64,000 nucleotides of DNA from Gammaproteobacteria bacterium (GTDB taxonomy: Bacteria > Pseudomonadota > Gammaproteobacteria > Eutrophobiales > Eutrophobiaceae), in the NCBI GenBank assembly GCA_965243205.1, contig CBDEUK010000002.1, positions 1,600,001 to 1,664,000 on the forward strand, written 5' to 3'. This document shows, piece by piece, positions 50,765 through 60,876 of this stretch. The translations under genes were made by a program, and so were the position numbers. The notes under the pieces are model-generated. The model was not told where the DNA came from and made no database searches. It was given only the letters and a program-made list of their open reading frames with translations. Numbering within the stretch: position 1 is the stretch's first letter; every line of letters begins with the position of its first letter.

Positions 50765-51532
50765 TTAATCATCTTGCCAAGCATTGTATTCGTATTTTTT
50801 ACCGCTCATTGGCAATATCCACATTTGATACATCGATGTAAACCACATAAACGTTGATGCTAATGAATAACCAAAACCACCTATGATTGTTAACCATGCG
50901 GCAGCCGGGAACCACTTCGTTAGCCACCAAGAAATGATATCAACAATTAAGAATGCGAACGGCATGGCGATCGCTAATACTTTAAGCCATTTTGGTATTC
51001 CGACTGAAAAGCTAAAAATTAACCCTACAAACATGAATATAAATGAAATACCAAATAAGTGGATATGTGAAACTCGCGTTAGGGAACTAACCGATGCACC
51101 TTCATCTGTTGCAGTAATTTCTTTTATCGTGTCAAAACTATTAAATGCTGGCAAACCTGGCACATTGCCATGACAAATAGAACAATACTGCTCTACATGT
51201 TTGGAAATTTTATTATGGTATTCATCTTCTGGAGCGCCATTTCTTGCCCATTGAATGATCTCTGCTCGCACTTCATCTGGCGCCTTATCCATCATGCTAC
51301 CATTCAGCTTGGCTTCTATTTTACTATTGCCTCGATCACCATAATAGCTGTAAACAATATCATCTAATGACAACCCCAATTTTCCATCAGCCATACCATG
51401 GGTTAAAACGATTTGTAATCCAGCCATTAAAAGACCTAAGCCGATAGCTAATAAATAACCTGTAAATAACACTCGTACAGGCAAAGCCAGGCTGGGTAAA
51501 TTCATCCACTTAGATTCTGTTTCGACACTCAC
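50765..51532 (-). CDS. Polytopic membrane protein with single CxxCH (putative membrane c-type cytochrome)
   Basis: TM1, soluble domain with CSICH, then RVSHIHLFG and about 3 further TMs; strong SD GGAGGTGA before GTG. Confidence 0.72.
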   Translation of the reverse strand: MSVETESKWMNLPSLALPVRVLFTGYLLAIGLGLLMAGLQIVLTHGMADGKLGLSLDDIVYSYYGDRGNSKIEAKLNGSMMDKAPDEVRAEIIQWARNGAPEDEYHNKISKHVEQYCSICHGNVPGLPAFNSFDTIKEITATDEGASVSSLTRVSHIHLFGISFIFMFVGLIFSFSVGIPKWLKVLAIAMPFAFLIVDIISWWLTKWFPAAAWLTIIGGFGYSLASTFMWFTSMYQMWILPMSGKKYEYNAWQDD

Positions 51533-51628
51533 AACTCACCTCCAGATATGTACAATTATTTAGAATACTGTTCTAGCGACTATTATTTTTATAGATACAT
51601 TTAAACACAGTCATTTGTAATTTTGAAT

Positions 51629-52387
51629 TTATATGGCCAATAATTCTATTAATGGCAAATATGTGCCATTTCGTTCGAGCTTCTGCTTATGATACTCACC
51701 GCCTGACCAATATATTTTCCAAGCGTTTTTCCTTGTCATAGAAGTAATCACTCGATATTCATCATCTTTAATTTGTATTGCCGTGCCGTTTTCTAAGGCT
51801 ACAGCGACACCTTTCTGTTTTTGCATCATATTCTTTAACGAATCTTGTCTATGTTGCTCTGTGTCATAATGGGGGCATAACAACAAATCGACAAAACCTA
51901 AGCCTTGTACACGAATTAAGGTTTTATTTTTACCATCTTTAAACTTTCTGGAATCGCTATTACCGTAATTAAACCAACAAATGGCCCCTGCGCTGAGACC
52001 TGATAAAACAGTATTATTTTGTCGAGCCTTATCAAGCAGTTTATCAACCCCTAATTTTCGCCAATACTTCATCATTCTTAAGGTATTGCCACCACCGACA
52101 TAGATAATATCTGCACTTAAGATTTTCTTACTGATTTCACGCTTACTAGGCTTATCTTTATACAACAGTAGAGAATCGACTTTGCAAACAAAATGTCCTG
52201 CATACAAACGCCTAAATGCCTCGGTATATTCGAGATTATCCTCACTAGCCGTCGGTATAAATAACACAGATGGTTTTTTCTTACCTGAAAAATGAATAAT
52301 CTCTTGATCAATATCAAGTGTTTGAACTTTTGCGATGTTTGGAGTCATTATCCGTCCACCACCTATGGCGATTATTTTTCTATTCAT
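51629..52387 (-). CDS. Peptidase E (S51) family, class I glutamine amidotransferase-like
   Basis: IAIGGG, FIPTAS, IYVGGGNT, GLSAGA (Ser), CPHY (His). Confidence 0.9.
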   Translation of the reverse strand: MNRKIIAIGGGRIMTPNIAKVQTLDIDQEIIHFSGKKKPSVLFIPTASEDNLEYTEAFRRLYAGHFVCKVDSLLLYKDKPSKREISKKILSADIIYVGGGNTLRMMKYWRKLGVDKLLDKARQNNTVLSGLSAGAICWFNYGNSDSRKFKDGKNKTLIRVQGLGFVDLLLCPHYDTEQHRQDSLKNMMQKQKGVAVALENGTAIQIKDDEYRVITSMTRKNAWKIYWSGGEYHKQKLERNGTYLPLIELLAI

Positions 52388-52470
52388 AGAATCAAATACT
52401 CACTGATAAAAATAATTATATTTAATATATAATACCGTGATTAATTCACTAATGTTGTAATGCAGGTTCA

Positions 52471-53310
52471 ATGATGGCTAAAAACAATAATAAATCTAAA
52501 AACAAATTAACAATGGCTGAGCAAGCCGATAAACATATTTTATATCAACACTCAGTCCAATGCGTAGAAACCGAGATAGATTTTGTGGATTCAACGTTTG
52601 AAGAACTCAAAGGAAAAAAAGCCCAAAAATTACGCGAAGACTTCTGCGGCACTATGAATACGTCTTGTGAATGGGTTAAGCGTCGGGAAGATAATATTGC
52701 CCACTGTGTTGATTTGGATGACGATGTATTGCAATGGGGAAAAGATAATAATCTATCCAAACTAAGTGATAATCAGACAAAAAGAATTAATATCTATAAC
52801 GAAAACGTCATTAGTGTTGATGTTGAACCAGCTGATGTTGTATTAGCGATGAATTTTAGCTATTGGATACTGAAAGATCGTAAGGTTATAACCGATTATT
52901 TTAAACGTATTCGTACCAATGGCCTAAAAAAAGATGGGCTTCTGTTTTTAGATTTTTATGGTGGTTATGAAGCCTTTGAAGAGTTAGAAGAAAAAACCAA
53001 ACATAAAGAGCACGGATTTACTTATATTTGGGATCAATCTAAATACAACCCTATCACTGGCGAATGTACTAATCATATTCATTTTCATTTCAAAGATGGT
53101 TCGAAAATGCGTGAAGCCTTTACCTACACCTGGCGTCTTTGGACCATGCCTGAAATGTTAGACATTCTTGAAGAAGCTAAATTTAAAGCCACTGTTTACT
53201 GGGAAGGTACAGACGAAGACGGTGAAGGCAATGGTGTCTTTGAGCCAACCATTGAAGGAGAAGCTGACGCTGGTTGGATAGCTTATATTGTTTGCGAACC
53301 TATGAATTAA
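52471..53310 (+). CDS. Class I SAM-dependent methyltransferase, substrate unknown
   Basis: LY..SVQ, LREDFCGT (motif I variant), VDLD, NFSY, GL..LD.YGG, WRLW..PE. Confidence 0.78.
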   Translation: MMAKNNNKSKNKLTMAEQADKHILYQHSVQCVETEIDFVDSTFEELKGKKAQKLREDFCGTMNTSCEWVKRREDNIAHCVDLDDDVLQWGKDNNLSKLSDNQTKRINIYNENVISVDVEPADVVLAMNFSYWILKDRKVITDYFKRIRTNGLKKDGLLFLDFYGGYEAFEELEEKTKHKEHGFTYIWDQSKYNPITGECTNHIHFHFKDGSKMREAFTYTWRLWTMPEMLDILEEAKFKATVYWEGTDEDGEGNGVFEPTIEGEADAGWIAYIVCEPMN

Positions 53311-53315
53311 TACTG

Positions 53316-53825
53316 TTAATCCAATTCTTTAGGTCTAAGCATATATTTTAAAGACAATTGATTACCTTTAATCGAGCTGGTCTCATCTAACTCAAATATT
53401 GCAAGCGCAGCCGTTGTCATTAATTTTCCTGTAATATTTCTTGGTGGCGGTTCGGATGATAGATAGGAAACTATATTATCAAGCCCAGGATTATGAGCGA
53501 TTATCATTAAATTACGACTTGTCTGTTGTAAGTTTTGATCGATAACTTCCAGTACCTTATACATATCAGCTAAATACAATTGCTCAAGATACTGAGTGTT
53601 CGTTTGTTTCGATTGAATATTATCTAATACTATCTCTGTAGTTTGTTTAGTTCTAACCGCGGCAGAACTCACTACCCGATCGGGTATAATATCTAAACTG
53701 ACTAATCTTTGAGCGATTGTTGCAACATTTTTCCTACCCCTATTATTGAGTGGCCGATCGAAGTCCTCTTCATTATTACTCCAATCGGATTTACCATGCC
53801 GCATGATTAATAAATGTTTAGCCAA
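53316..53825 (-). CDS. SixA-type histidine phosphatase
   Basis: MRHGKS, DFDRPL..RG, SSA.RT.QT, LY.A, AHNPG; start reset to TTG 53825 with GAGAG SD. Confidence 0.88.
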   Translation of the reverse strand: MAKHLLIMRHGKSDWSNNEEDFDRPLNNRGRKNVATIAQRLVSLDIIPDRVVSSAAVRTKQTTEIVLDNIQSKQTNTQYLEQLYLADMYKVLEVIDQNLQQTSRNLMIIAHNPGLDNIVSYLSSEPPPRNITGKLMTTAALAIFELDETSSIKGNQLSLKYMLRPKELD

Positions 53826-53895
53826 ATCGAGACTCTCAATTATTGTGTGTATCTTGATAGCAAGTTTAAACAACTCGCGATAATATTCACCTAAT

Positions 53896-55389
53896 ATGTC
53901 TGAAAAAAATCAAGATACCTACGCTACGATCGATCTTGGCTCCAACAGCTTTCATATGATTGTTGCTAGAGAAAGTAACGACAAAATTGTCATTATTGAT
54001 AAAATGCGAGAAATGGTCCGCCTAGCAGGTGGCCTTGATAAAAAAGGCATATTATCCGATGAAGCGATTCAAAACGGTATTCAATGTCTAGAAAAATTTG
54101 GCCAACGCTTAAAAGAAATCCCTACTTCGAATGTCCGCGTTGTCGGCACTAATACCTTACGCAAAGCCAGAAATGGCAATAAATTCCTTTCCAAAGCCCA
54201 TGCTGCATTGGGACATGAAATCGATATTATTTCAGGACGGGAAGAAGCCCGCTTAATTTATACCGGTGTCGCAAATACTATCTTTGATAATGAAAATAAA
54301 CGTTTGGTAATTGATATCGGCGGTGGCAGTACCGAATTTATCATTGGAAAAAACTTTGAACCGATATTAACGGAAAGCCTGTATATGGGTTGCGTTAATA
54401 CAACTAATGAATATTTTTCTAACGGAGAAATCAACGCAAAGCGTTTTCGTAAAGCCATTTTATTTGCTCGCCAAGAGCTGGAATCAGTGGAACTCTTATA
54501 TAAACTTGAATCTTGGGAAATAGCATATGGAACCTCTGGCACAATTCGTTCAGTGCAAGATATTCTGTTGGAAAACCAATGGAGTGAAAATGGCATAACG
54601 TTAAGCGCTCTCAAAAAACTTCGAGATAAACTCATAGAGTTTGAACACATTGATAATATCCAATTAGACAGTCTTAACAATCGACGAACTCCAGTATTTG
54701 TAGGAGGTGTTGCTATTTTAATCGGCTGTTTTGAAGCACTAGAAATCGATAATTTAAATGTTTGTCATGGCGCATTACGTGAAGGCTTACTTTATGATCT
54801 CGTCGGTCGAAAACAAAAAAAGGATATTCGATATGAAACTGTCAGAACCATGGCTAAGCAATACTCATTGGATATCGAACATGCTACTCGTGTTAAAAAC
54901 ACAGCCGGCATTTTATTTAATCAATCCAAAGAACATTGGCAATTATCGAATAACGATAAATATGTACTGAATTGGGCATGTGACTTACATAATATTGGTT
55001 TACGTGTCGCCCATAGCCAATATCATAAACATGGTGCTTACTTAATCGCAAATTCCGACATGGCCGGCTTTTCAAAACAAGAACAGGCAAGAATTGCACA
55101 TCTTATACGTTTTCATCGTCGTAAACTTGCACAAGAAGAATTTACTCAAAGTTCTTTCATTAATACTGATGTACAAAAATATTTATGTATTTTATTACGG
55201 ATTGCGGTTCTATTACATCGAAGTCGGACGAGTGATGGAATTCCTGATATCAAAGTTAGTAACAATAAAAATACATTAAAATTATGTTTCCCTGATAATT
55301 GGTTAAAAGAACATCCATTAACGGAAGCCGATCTGGAAACCGAAGCCAGTTACCTAAATCAAGTAGAATTTAAACTAGATTACAATTGA
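53896..55389 (+). CDS. ppx: Exopolyphosphatase (Ppx/GppA)
   Basis: IDLGSNSFH, GTNTLR, ISGREEARLIY, DIGGGSTE, ALREG, HKHGAY. Confidence 0.94.
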   Translation: MSEKNQDTYATIDLGSNSFHMIVARESNDKIVIIDKMREMVRLAGGLDKKGILSDEAIQNGIQCLEKFGQRLKEIPTSNVRVVGTNTLRKARNGNKFLSKAHAALGHEIDIISGREEARLIYTGVANTIFDNENKRLVIDIGGGSTEFIIGKNFEPILTESLYMGCVNTTNEYFSNGEINAKRFRKAILFARQELESVELLYKLESWEIAYGTSGTIRSVQDILLENQWSENGITLSALKKLRDKLIEFEHIDNIQLDSLNNRRTPVFVGGVAILIGCFEALEIDNLNVCHGALREGLLYDLVGRKQKKDIRYETVRTMAKQYSLDIEHATRVKNTAGILFNQSKEHWQLSNNDKYVLNWACDLHNIGLRVAHSQYHKHGAYLIANSDMAGFSKQEQARIAHLIRFHRRKLAQEEFTQSSFINTDVQKYLCILLRIAVLLHRSRTSDGIPDIKVSNNKNTLKLCFPDNWLKEHPLTEADLETEASYLNQVEFKLDYN

Positions 55390-55390
55390 T

Positions 55391-57460
55391 TTAACTGCAG
55401 TAATGTTCAAGTAAAAACTGTTGTGCTGAGCGCGGTTTGGAATTGCCAAGCTTAGCCCGTTTATAAGTACCATCACTTTGTAACAACCATGCTTGTTGAT
55501 TGTCATTGATATAGGGCATTAAGCCATAACGTTTGATCTGATCGCGAGTACGTTTTTCTTCGATCGGAAAACACGCCTCTACTCGATAAAATAAATTGCG
55601 TTGCATCCAATCAGCACTGGAGCAATATATTCTTTCATCACCATCATTTAAGAAATAATAAATACGAGTATGTTCTAAAAAACGACCGATAATCGAACGC
55701 ACTTTTATGTTATCCGAAATGCCTTTAATTCCAGGCCGCAAAGAACATATACCTCGAATGATCAAATCAATCTTCACACCAGCTTGTGAAGCTCGATACA
55801 AAGCACGAATGATCTCAGGATCAACTAACGCATTCATCTTAGCAATAATGCGAGCGTCTTTACCTGCTTCAGCATTTTTAATTTCATGTTCAATAAATGA
55901 AATGATCGATTTGTGTAAAGTAAATGGCGATTGTAATAATTTTTTCAGTTTTCCTGCTCGACCAAGCCCAGTCAACTGATGGAATAATTTATTAACGTCT
56001 TCAGCTACTGCTTGGTCACAAGATAACAAACCATAATCTGTATAAAGTCTTGTAGTTCGCGCATGATAGTTACCAGTTCCTAAATGCACATAACGCCTTA
56101 AACTACGCCCTTCTCTACGCACCACGAGTATCATCTTCGCATGTGTTTTATAACCTACTACACCATACACAACATGAGCGCCCGCTTCTTGTAAGTCACT
56201 GGCCAATTCAATATTGGCTTCTTCATCAAATCTAGCTCTTAACTCAATAACCACGGTCACTTCTTTACCTGCGCGCGCAGCTTCTTTTAAGGCTTTTACT
56301 ACCGCTGAATCATCACCAGTACGATACAAAGTTTGTTTGATTGATAATACATTAGGATCGGAAGCCGCTTGTCGTAAAAAATCTAATACGGGTGCAAATG
56401 ACTGAAAAGGGTGTAACAGTAAAATGTCACCATTACGTAAACTATCAAATATATTGGTCTGCTTAATCAAACGTGGCGGCAAATCAGGAACAAAACCTGG
56501 ATAAGTTAGATCAGGCTTATCAACTTTATCGACCATTGTCATGAGCCGACTAAGATTTACTGGACCATTTACTTTGTATAAATCTTCAGGTTCTAAATTA
56601 AATTCCTTTAATAAAAAATCACTGACTTCCTCAGGACAAGTATCAACCACTTCCAATCGTACAGCATCGTTATAACGTCTTGATGGTAATTCACCTTCTA
56701 AAGCTCTTAATAAATCATCAACCTCTTCATTATCAACAAATAAATCTCCATCACGTGTGACTCGAAACTGATAACAACCTGTTGCCTTCATACCTGGAAA
56801 TAAATCACCAACATGTGCATGAATAATAGAAGACAACATTACAAAGTCATTGGCATTACTGGAAACATCTTTAGGAATAGCAACTAATCTTGGCAATGAA
56901 CGAGGCGCTTGCACGATTGCTAGACCGCTATCTCGTCCAAAAGCATCTTTACCTTCTAAAGTCACAATAAAATATAAATTTTTATTTAACACTTTTGGAA
57001 AAGGGTGGGCGGGGTCCAAACCAATAGGACTTAATACTGGCAATAATTCACTTTTGAAATAACGTTTTATCCAACGAGCGATTTTAGGTTGCCAATGTCT
57101 TCTTCGTAATAACTGAATTTTCTCTTTTGCCAACCCAGGAATTAAAATTTCATTCAAGACACGATATTGTTCAGAAACAAGTTCTTGTGCCTTCAAACGA
57201 ATTTGCGCTAGCTGTTCTTGCGGCAAAAGATTATCTGGCCCGGTTTGTACTGAACCATATCGTACTTGTTGTTTTAAACCTGCTACCCGAATTTCAAAAA
57301 ACTCATCTAAGTTCGTACCTGCAATGCATAAAAACTTCAGTCTTTCTAATAATGGAACTGATTCATCCTTCGCTTGCTCAATCACTCGACGATTGAATTC
57401 CAGCAAACTCAACTCGCGATTGATATACAATTCAGGTGATTTTAAATTCTGACTATCCAT
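55391..57460 (-). CDS. ppk1: Polyphosphate kinase 1
   Basis: INRELS.LEFN.RV, NLDEFFEIRVAG, ARFDEEANI, KTHAK, GTGNY, GRFLEH.R, SADWM.RN. Confidence 0.97.
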   Translation of the reverse strand: MDSQNLKSPELYINRELSLLEFNRRVIEQAKDESVPLLERLKFLCIAGTNLDEFFEIRVAGLKQQVRYGSVQTGPDNLLPQEQLAQIRLKAQELVSEQYRVLNEILIPGLAKEKIQLLRRRHWQPKIARWIKRYFKSELLPVLSPIGLDPAHPFPKVLNKNLYFIVTLEGKDAFGRDSGLAIVQAPRSLPRLVAIPKDVSSNANDFVMLSSIIHAHVGDLFPGMKATGCYQFRVTRDGDLFVDNEEVDDLLRALEGELPSRRYNDAVRLEVVDTCPEEVSDFLLKEFNLEPEDLYKVNGPVNLSRLMTMVDKVDKPDLTYPGFVPDLPPRLIKQTNIFDSLRNGDILLLHPFQSFAPVLDFLRQAASDPNVLSIKQTLYRTGDDSAVVKALKEAARAGKEVTVVIELRARFDEEANIELASDLQEAGAHVVYGVVGYKTHAKMILVVRREGRSLRRYVHLGTGNYHARTTRLYTDYGLLSCDQAVAEDVNKLFHQLTGLGRAGKLKKLLQSPFTLHKSIISFIEHEIKNAEAGKDARIIAKMNALVDPEIIRALYRASQAGVKIDLIIRGICSLRPGIKGISDNIKVRSIIGRFLEHTRIYYFLNDGDERIYCSSADWMQRNLFYRVEACFPIEEKRTRDQIKRYGLMPYINDNQQAWLLQSDGTYKRAKLGNSKPRSAQQFLLEHYCS

Positions 57461-57564
57461 ATAGTTAATTGTAGCTTTATTTTAAAAGTATTTGGATATA
57501 GTGATGAGCTCTTAAGCTCAAAGAAAATAACTTGATGAATGAGTTAGTTTAATTATTATTAAAT

Positions 57565-58284
57565 TTACTCGGGTTTCGATAAAGTCTTTTCAATATCTTC
57601 AATTGATGTATGTCTAACATCTTTACCCTCAACAAAATAAATAACGTATTCACATATGTTGCGAGCATGATCAGCGATTCTCTCTAAAGCACGTGCCGTC
57701 ATCACAACATCAAGAGTTGCTGAAATACTTCGAGGATCTTCCATCATATAAGTAATAAGTTGGCGCAAAATAGCAGAGTACTGTTCATCAGATTCTGGTT
57801 CTTGGGCCGCTTCAAGTAATGCAGCTTTAGAGTCCATACGTGCAAACGCATCTAAAGAACCTAATAACATCTTTTGTACTAAATTACCCATCGCTTTAAT
57901 GCCGATGTAATACGATTTAGTACCTTGTTTGCCATCTAACTCTAATGTTGTTTTAGCAATCTTTTGAGTTTCGTCGCCAATACGTTCTAGATCAGTAATG
58001 GTTTTTATAATCGCCATAATCAAACGCAAGTCACTTGCTGCTGGCTGACGACGCGCTAAGATAGTTGTACATTCTTCATCAATTTCAATTTCCATTGAAT
58101 TGACAACAGGTTCTTGTCGAATTACTTCTTCTGCTAGCAGCAAATCCGACTCTATTAATGACTTTAAGGCATTAACCAATTGCTGTTCTACCAACCCACC
58201 CATTGCCATCACACGTTCGCGAGTATGTTCTAACTCTTGATCGAATTGTTTTGATATATGTTGAGGAAGATTTGTTGGCGACAT
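57565..58284 (-). CDS. phoU: Phosphate signalling protein PhoU
   Basis: HISKQFD.ELE, ARRQPAASDLR, DLERIGDE, LERIADHA.NI.E, GKDVRH. Confidence 0.96.
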   Translation of the reverse strand: MSPTNLPQHISKQFDQELEHTRERVMAMGGLVEQQLVNALKSLIESDLLLAEEVIRQEPVVNSMEIEIDEECTTILARRQPAASDLRLIMAIIKTITDLERIGDETQKIAKTTLELDGKQGTKSYYIGIKAMGNLVQKMLLGSLDAFARMDSKAALLEAAQEPESDEQYSAILRQLITYMMEDPRSISATLDVVMTARALERIADHARNICEYVIYFVEGKDVRHTSIEDIEKTLSKPE

Positions 58285-58325
58285 ATTTTTATCTATATAA
58301 ACTTTTAAATTAAATTCTTAGGAAA

Positions 58326-59177
58326 TTAACCATAACGACCGGTTATATAATCTTCGGTCATCTTTTCTGCAGGAGTAGTAAACAAAGAGTTCGTATCATT
58401 AAACTCGATTAATTCACCTAAATACATATAAGCAGTATAGTCTGAAACTCGTGCTGCTTGTTGCATATTGTGCGTTACTATAACTATAGTGTAATTTGAT
58501 TTTAATTGATAAATTAATTCTTCGATTTTTAATGTCGAAATCGGATCGAGAGCAGATGCAGGCTCATCGAGTAATAATACTTCTGGCTCAATTGCAATCG
58601 CTCGAGCAATTACTAAACGTTGCTGCTGACCACCAGACAGACCCATTGCGTTATCATCTAAACGATCTTTTACTTCGTCCCATAAAGCTGCACCTATTAG
58701 TGATTTTTCTACCGCTTCTTTAAGCACGCGCCGATCTTTCACACCTTGGATTCGTAAACCATACGCAACATTTTCAAAAATAGATTTTGGAAATGGATTT
58801 GGTTTTTGAAACACCATACCCACTCTTCGACGAAGTTCAGCAACATTAACTGCTTTATCATATATATTTTCATCATGAAGCAACATTTGGCCATCGATAC
58901 GAACCGAATCAATCAAATCGTTCATACGATTCATACTTCTTAATAATGTTGACTTACCACAACCACTCGGGCCAATAAACGCAGTAACACGTTTTTCAGG
59001 TATCGTCATATCGATTGATTTCAATGCCTGTTTATCACCGTAATATAAATTGAAGTCCTTTACATCGATACAAACTTTTTCATCATTAAGGTTAAGCTCA
59101 CTGCCAGACTTGGTAACTGAACCTAAATCTATAGAATGTGTTTTTGAACCTGGAACTTGCTCTACGCTGTCCGACAT
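58326..59177 (-). CDS. pstB: Phosphate ABC transporter ATPase
   Basis: [41 protein letters not shown]; start reset to ATG 59177 with AGGA SD. Confidence 0.96.
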   Translation of the reverse strand: MSDSVEQVPGSKTHSIDLGSVTKSGSELNLNDEKVCIDVKDFNLYYGDKQALKSIDMTIPEKRVTAFIGPSGCGKSTLLRSMNRMNDLIDSVRIDGQMLLHDENIYDKAVNVAELRRRVGMVFQKPNPFPKSIFENVAYGLRIQGVKDRRVLKEAVEKSLIGAALWDEVKDRLDDNAMGLSGGQQQRLVIARAIAIEPEVLLLDEPASALDPISTLKIEELIYQLKSNYTIVIVTHNMQQAARVSDYTAYMYLGELIEFNDTNSLFTTPAEKMTEDYITGRYG

Positions 59178-59202
59178 ACCATTTCCTGTCAATATTGTTT
59201 GA

Positions 59203-60864
59203 TTACTGTTGTTCTGTTGCACGGTACTTCTCTCTAAGCCTATTACGAATTTTTATCGCTGTCAGGTTTAAAACTATAATAATTAAAATTAATAATAATG
59301 CTGTCGCATACACCAACGGTCTAGCAGCCTCCACATTTGGGCTTTGAAAACCAACATCATAGATATGGAAGCCTAAATGCATAAATTTTCGATCTAAATG
59401 TAAATATGGAAAATTACCATCTAGAGGTAATGATGGTGCCAATTTTACAACACCCACTAACATCAAAGGCGCCACTTCACCCGCAGCTCGAGCAACCGCT
59501 AAAATTAAACCTGTCATCATGGCAGATGCCGTCATCGGCAAGACTGTTAGCCATAATGTTTCGGCTTTCGTTGCTCCTAATGCCAAACTCCCTTCGCGAA
59601 TTGAACGCGGCACGCGTGATAGCCCTTCCTCAGTTGCAACAATAACGACAGGAACTGTCAATATTGCTAACGTTAATGAAGCCCACATCAATCCTGGTGT
59701 TCCAAACGTAGGTGCTGGTAATGCTTCTTGAAAAAATAACTGGTCGATGGAACCGCCAAGAAAGTAAACAAAAAAACCTAAGCCAAAAACACCATAAACA
59801 ACCGATGGCACACCTGCTAAATTATTCACCGCGATTCGTATCAAGCGCGTAACGGGTCCTTGCTTAGCGTATTCACGCAAATATACAGCAGCTACTACAC
59901 CAAATGGCGTAACTAATACGGCCATGATTATCACCATCATCACTGTACCAAAAATAGCTGGGAAGATTCCGCCTTCGGTATTTGCCTCTCGAGGCTCATC
60001 ACTAACAAACTCCCATAGCTTCTCTAAATAGAAGCCGAGCTTTTGTATGAAACTCATTTCATTTGGCCGAAACACTCTTACTATCTTCGATAACGGTATT
60101 TCAACCTCCTTACCATCTGCAAGTGTTGCCATAAGCGAGGTTTGATTAAGCTCTTGATAAAGACCAGAAAGCTTCGCTGTGTGTTCTTCATAATCCTTTT
60201 GCAACTCACTGCGCTTTTGTTTTAATTCGGTAACAGCTTCATCCGTTTTTTTATTATTGAGTTCTAAACCACGTTCTTTTAAACGCAGCCCTTCCATTTT
60301 ATAGTTAATTCTACCGATTAATTTTTGTTCTATGTAACGAATGTTTTGAAAAACTTCACTGGTATGTTCTATTTCTTTTTGTAACAACACCCAAGAATCA
60401 ACATTACCTTCAATCAATTCACCATTACGTTTTAATCCTGAAAGAAAACCATAAAAATTACCCCATTCACGTCTTTCTATCACAACAACTTCTTCAGGAA
60501 CCTTAAGCTCAGAGATACCTTGTTGGTTAATCCACCTAAAATCTAAACCATAATGATCTCGGTTACCCGTTTTAATTAATTGACGCTCAACGATTGTATT
60601 TGGATCATCTTCTGTAACTGACGCCCCTGCTTGTGAAGCGGGTACTGTTTCTGTTCCAACGACTTCACCAAGAATGACACTTTGCTCATCACCATCTTGA
60701 TACTGAAATTGAACCACTGGATCAGGCCAAAAATGACCAAGCCCTCTCACGGCAATCAAACCGATGAGTCCAACCACCATAATAATTGATAACGTTACAG
60801 CAGCAGCATTCAACCAAATGTATGGCTCTCCACTTGATAACCAATTTTTTATATTTTTTTTCAT
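59203..60864 (-). CDS. pstA: Phosphate ABC transporter permease PstA (long form with periplasmic insert)
   Basis: [39 protein letters not shown]. Confidence 0.95.
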   Translation of the reverse strand: MKKNIKNWLSSGEPYIWLNAAAVTLSIIMVVGLIGLIAVRGLGHFWPDPVVQFQYQDGDEQSVILGEVVGTETVPASQAGASVTEDDPNTIVERQLIKTGNRDHYGLDFRWINQQGISELKVPEEVVVIERREWGNFYGFLSGLKRNGELIEGNVDSWVLLQKEIEHTSEVFQNIRYIEQKLIGRINYKMEGLRLKERGLELNNKKTDEAVTELKQKRSELQKDYEEHTAKLSGLYQELNQTSLMATLADGKEVEIPLSKIVRVFRPNEMSFIQKLGFYLEKLWEFVSDEPREANTEGGIFPAIFGTVMMVIIMAVLVTPFGVVAAVYLREYAKQGPVTRLIRIAVNNLAGVPSVVYGVFGLGFFVYFLGGSIDQLFFQEALPAPTFGTPGLMWASLTLAILTVPVVIVATEEGLSRVPRSIREGSLALGATKAETLWLTVLPMTASAMMTGLILAVARAAGEVAPLMLVGVVKLAPSLPLDGNFPYLHLDRKFMHLGFHIYDVGFQSPNVEAARPLVYATALLLILIIIVLNLTAIKIRNRLREKYRATEQQ

Positions 60865-60876
60865 AATGATGCGAGC

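Noticed and set aside
54258-54680. 140-aa minus-strand ORF
   Set aside because: Antisense shadow of ppx; the other short nested ORFs in the track were rejected for the same reason
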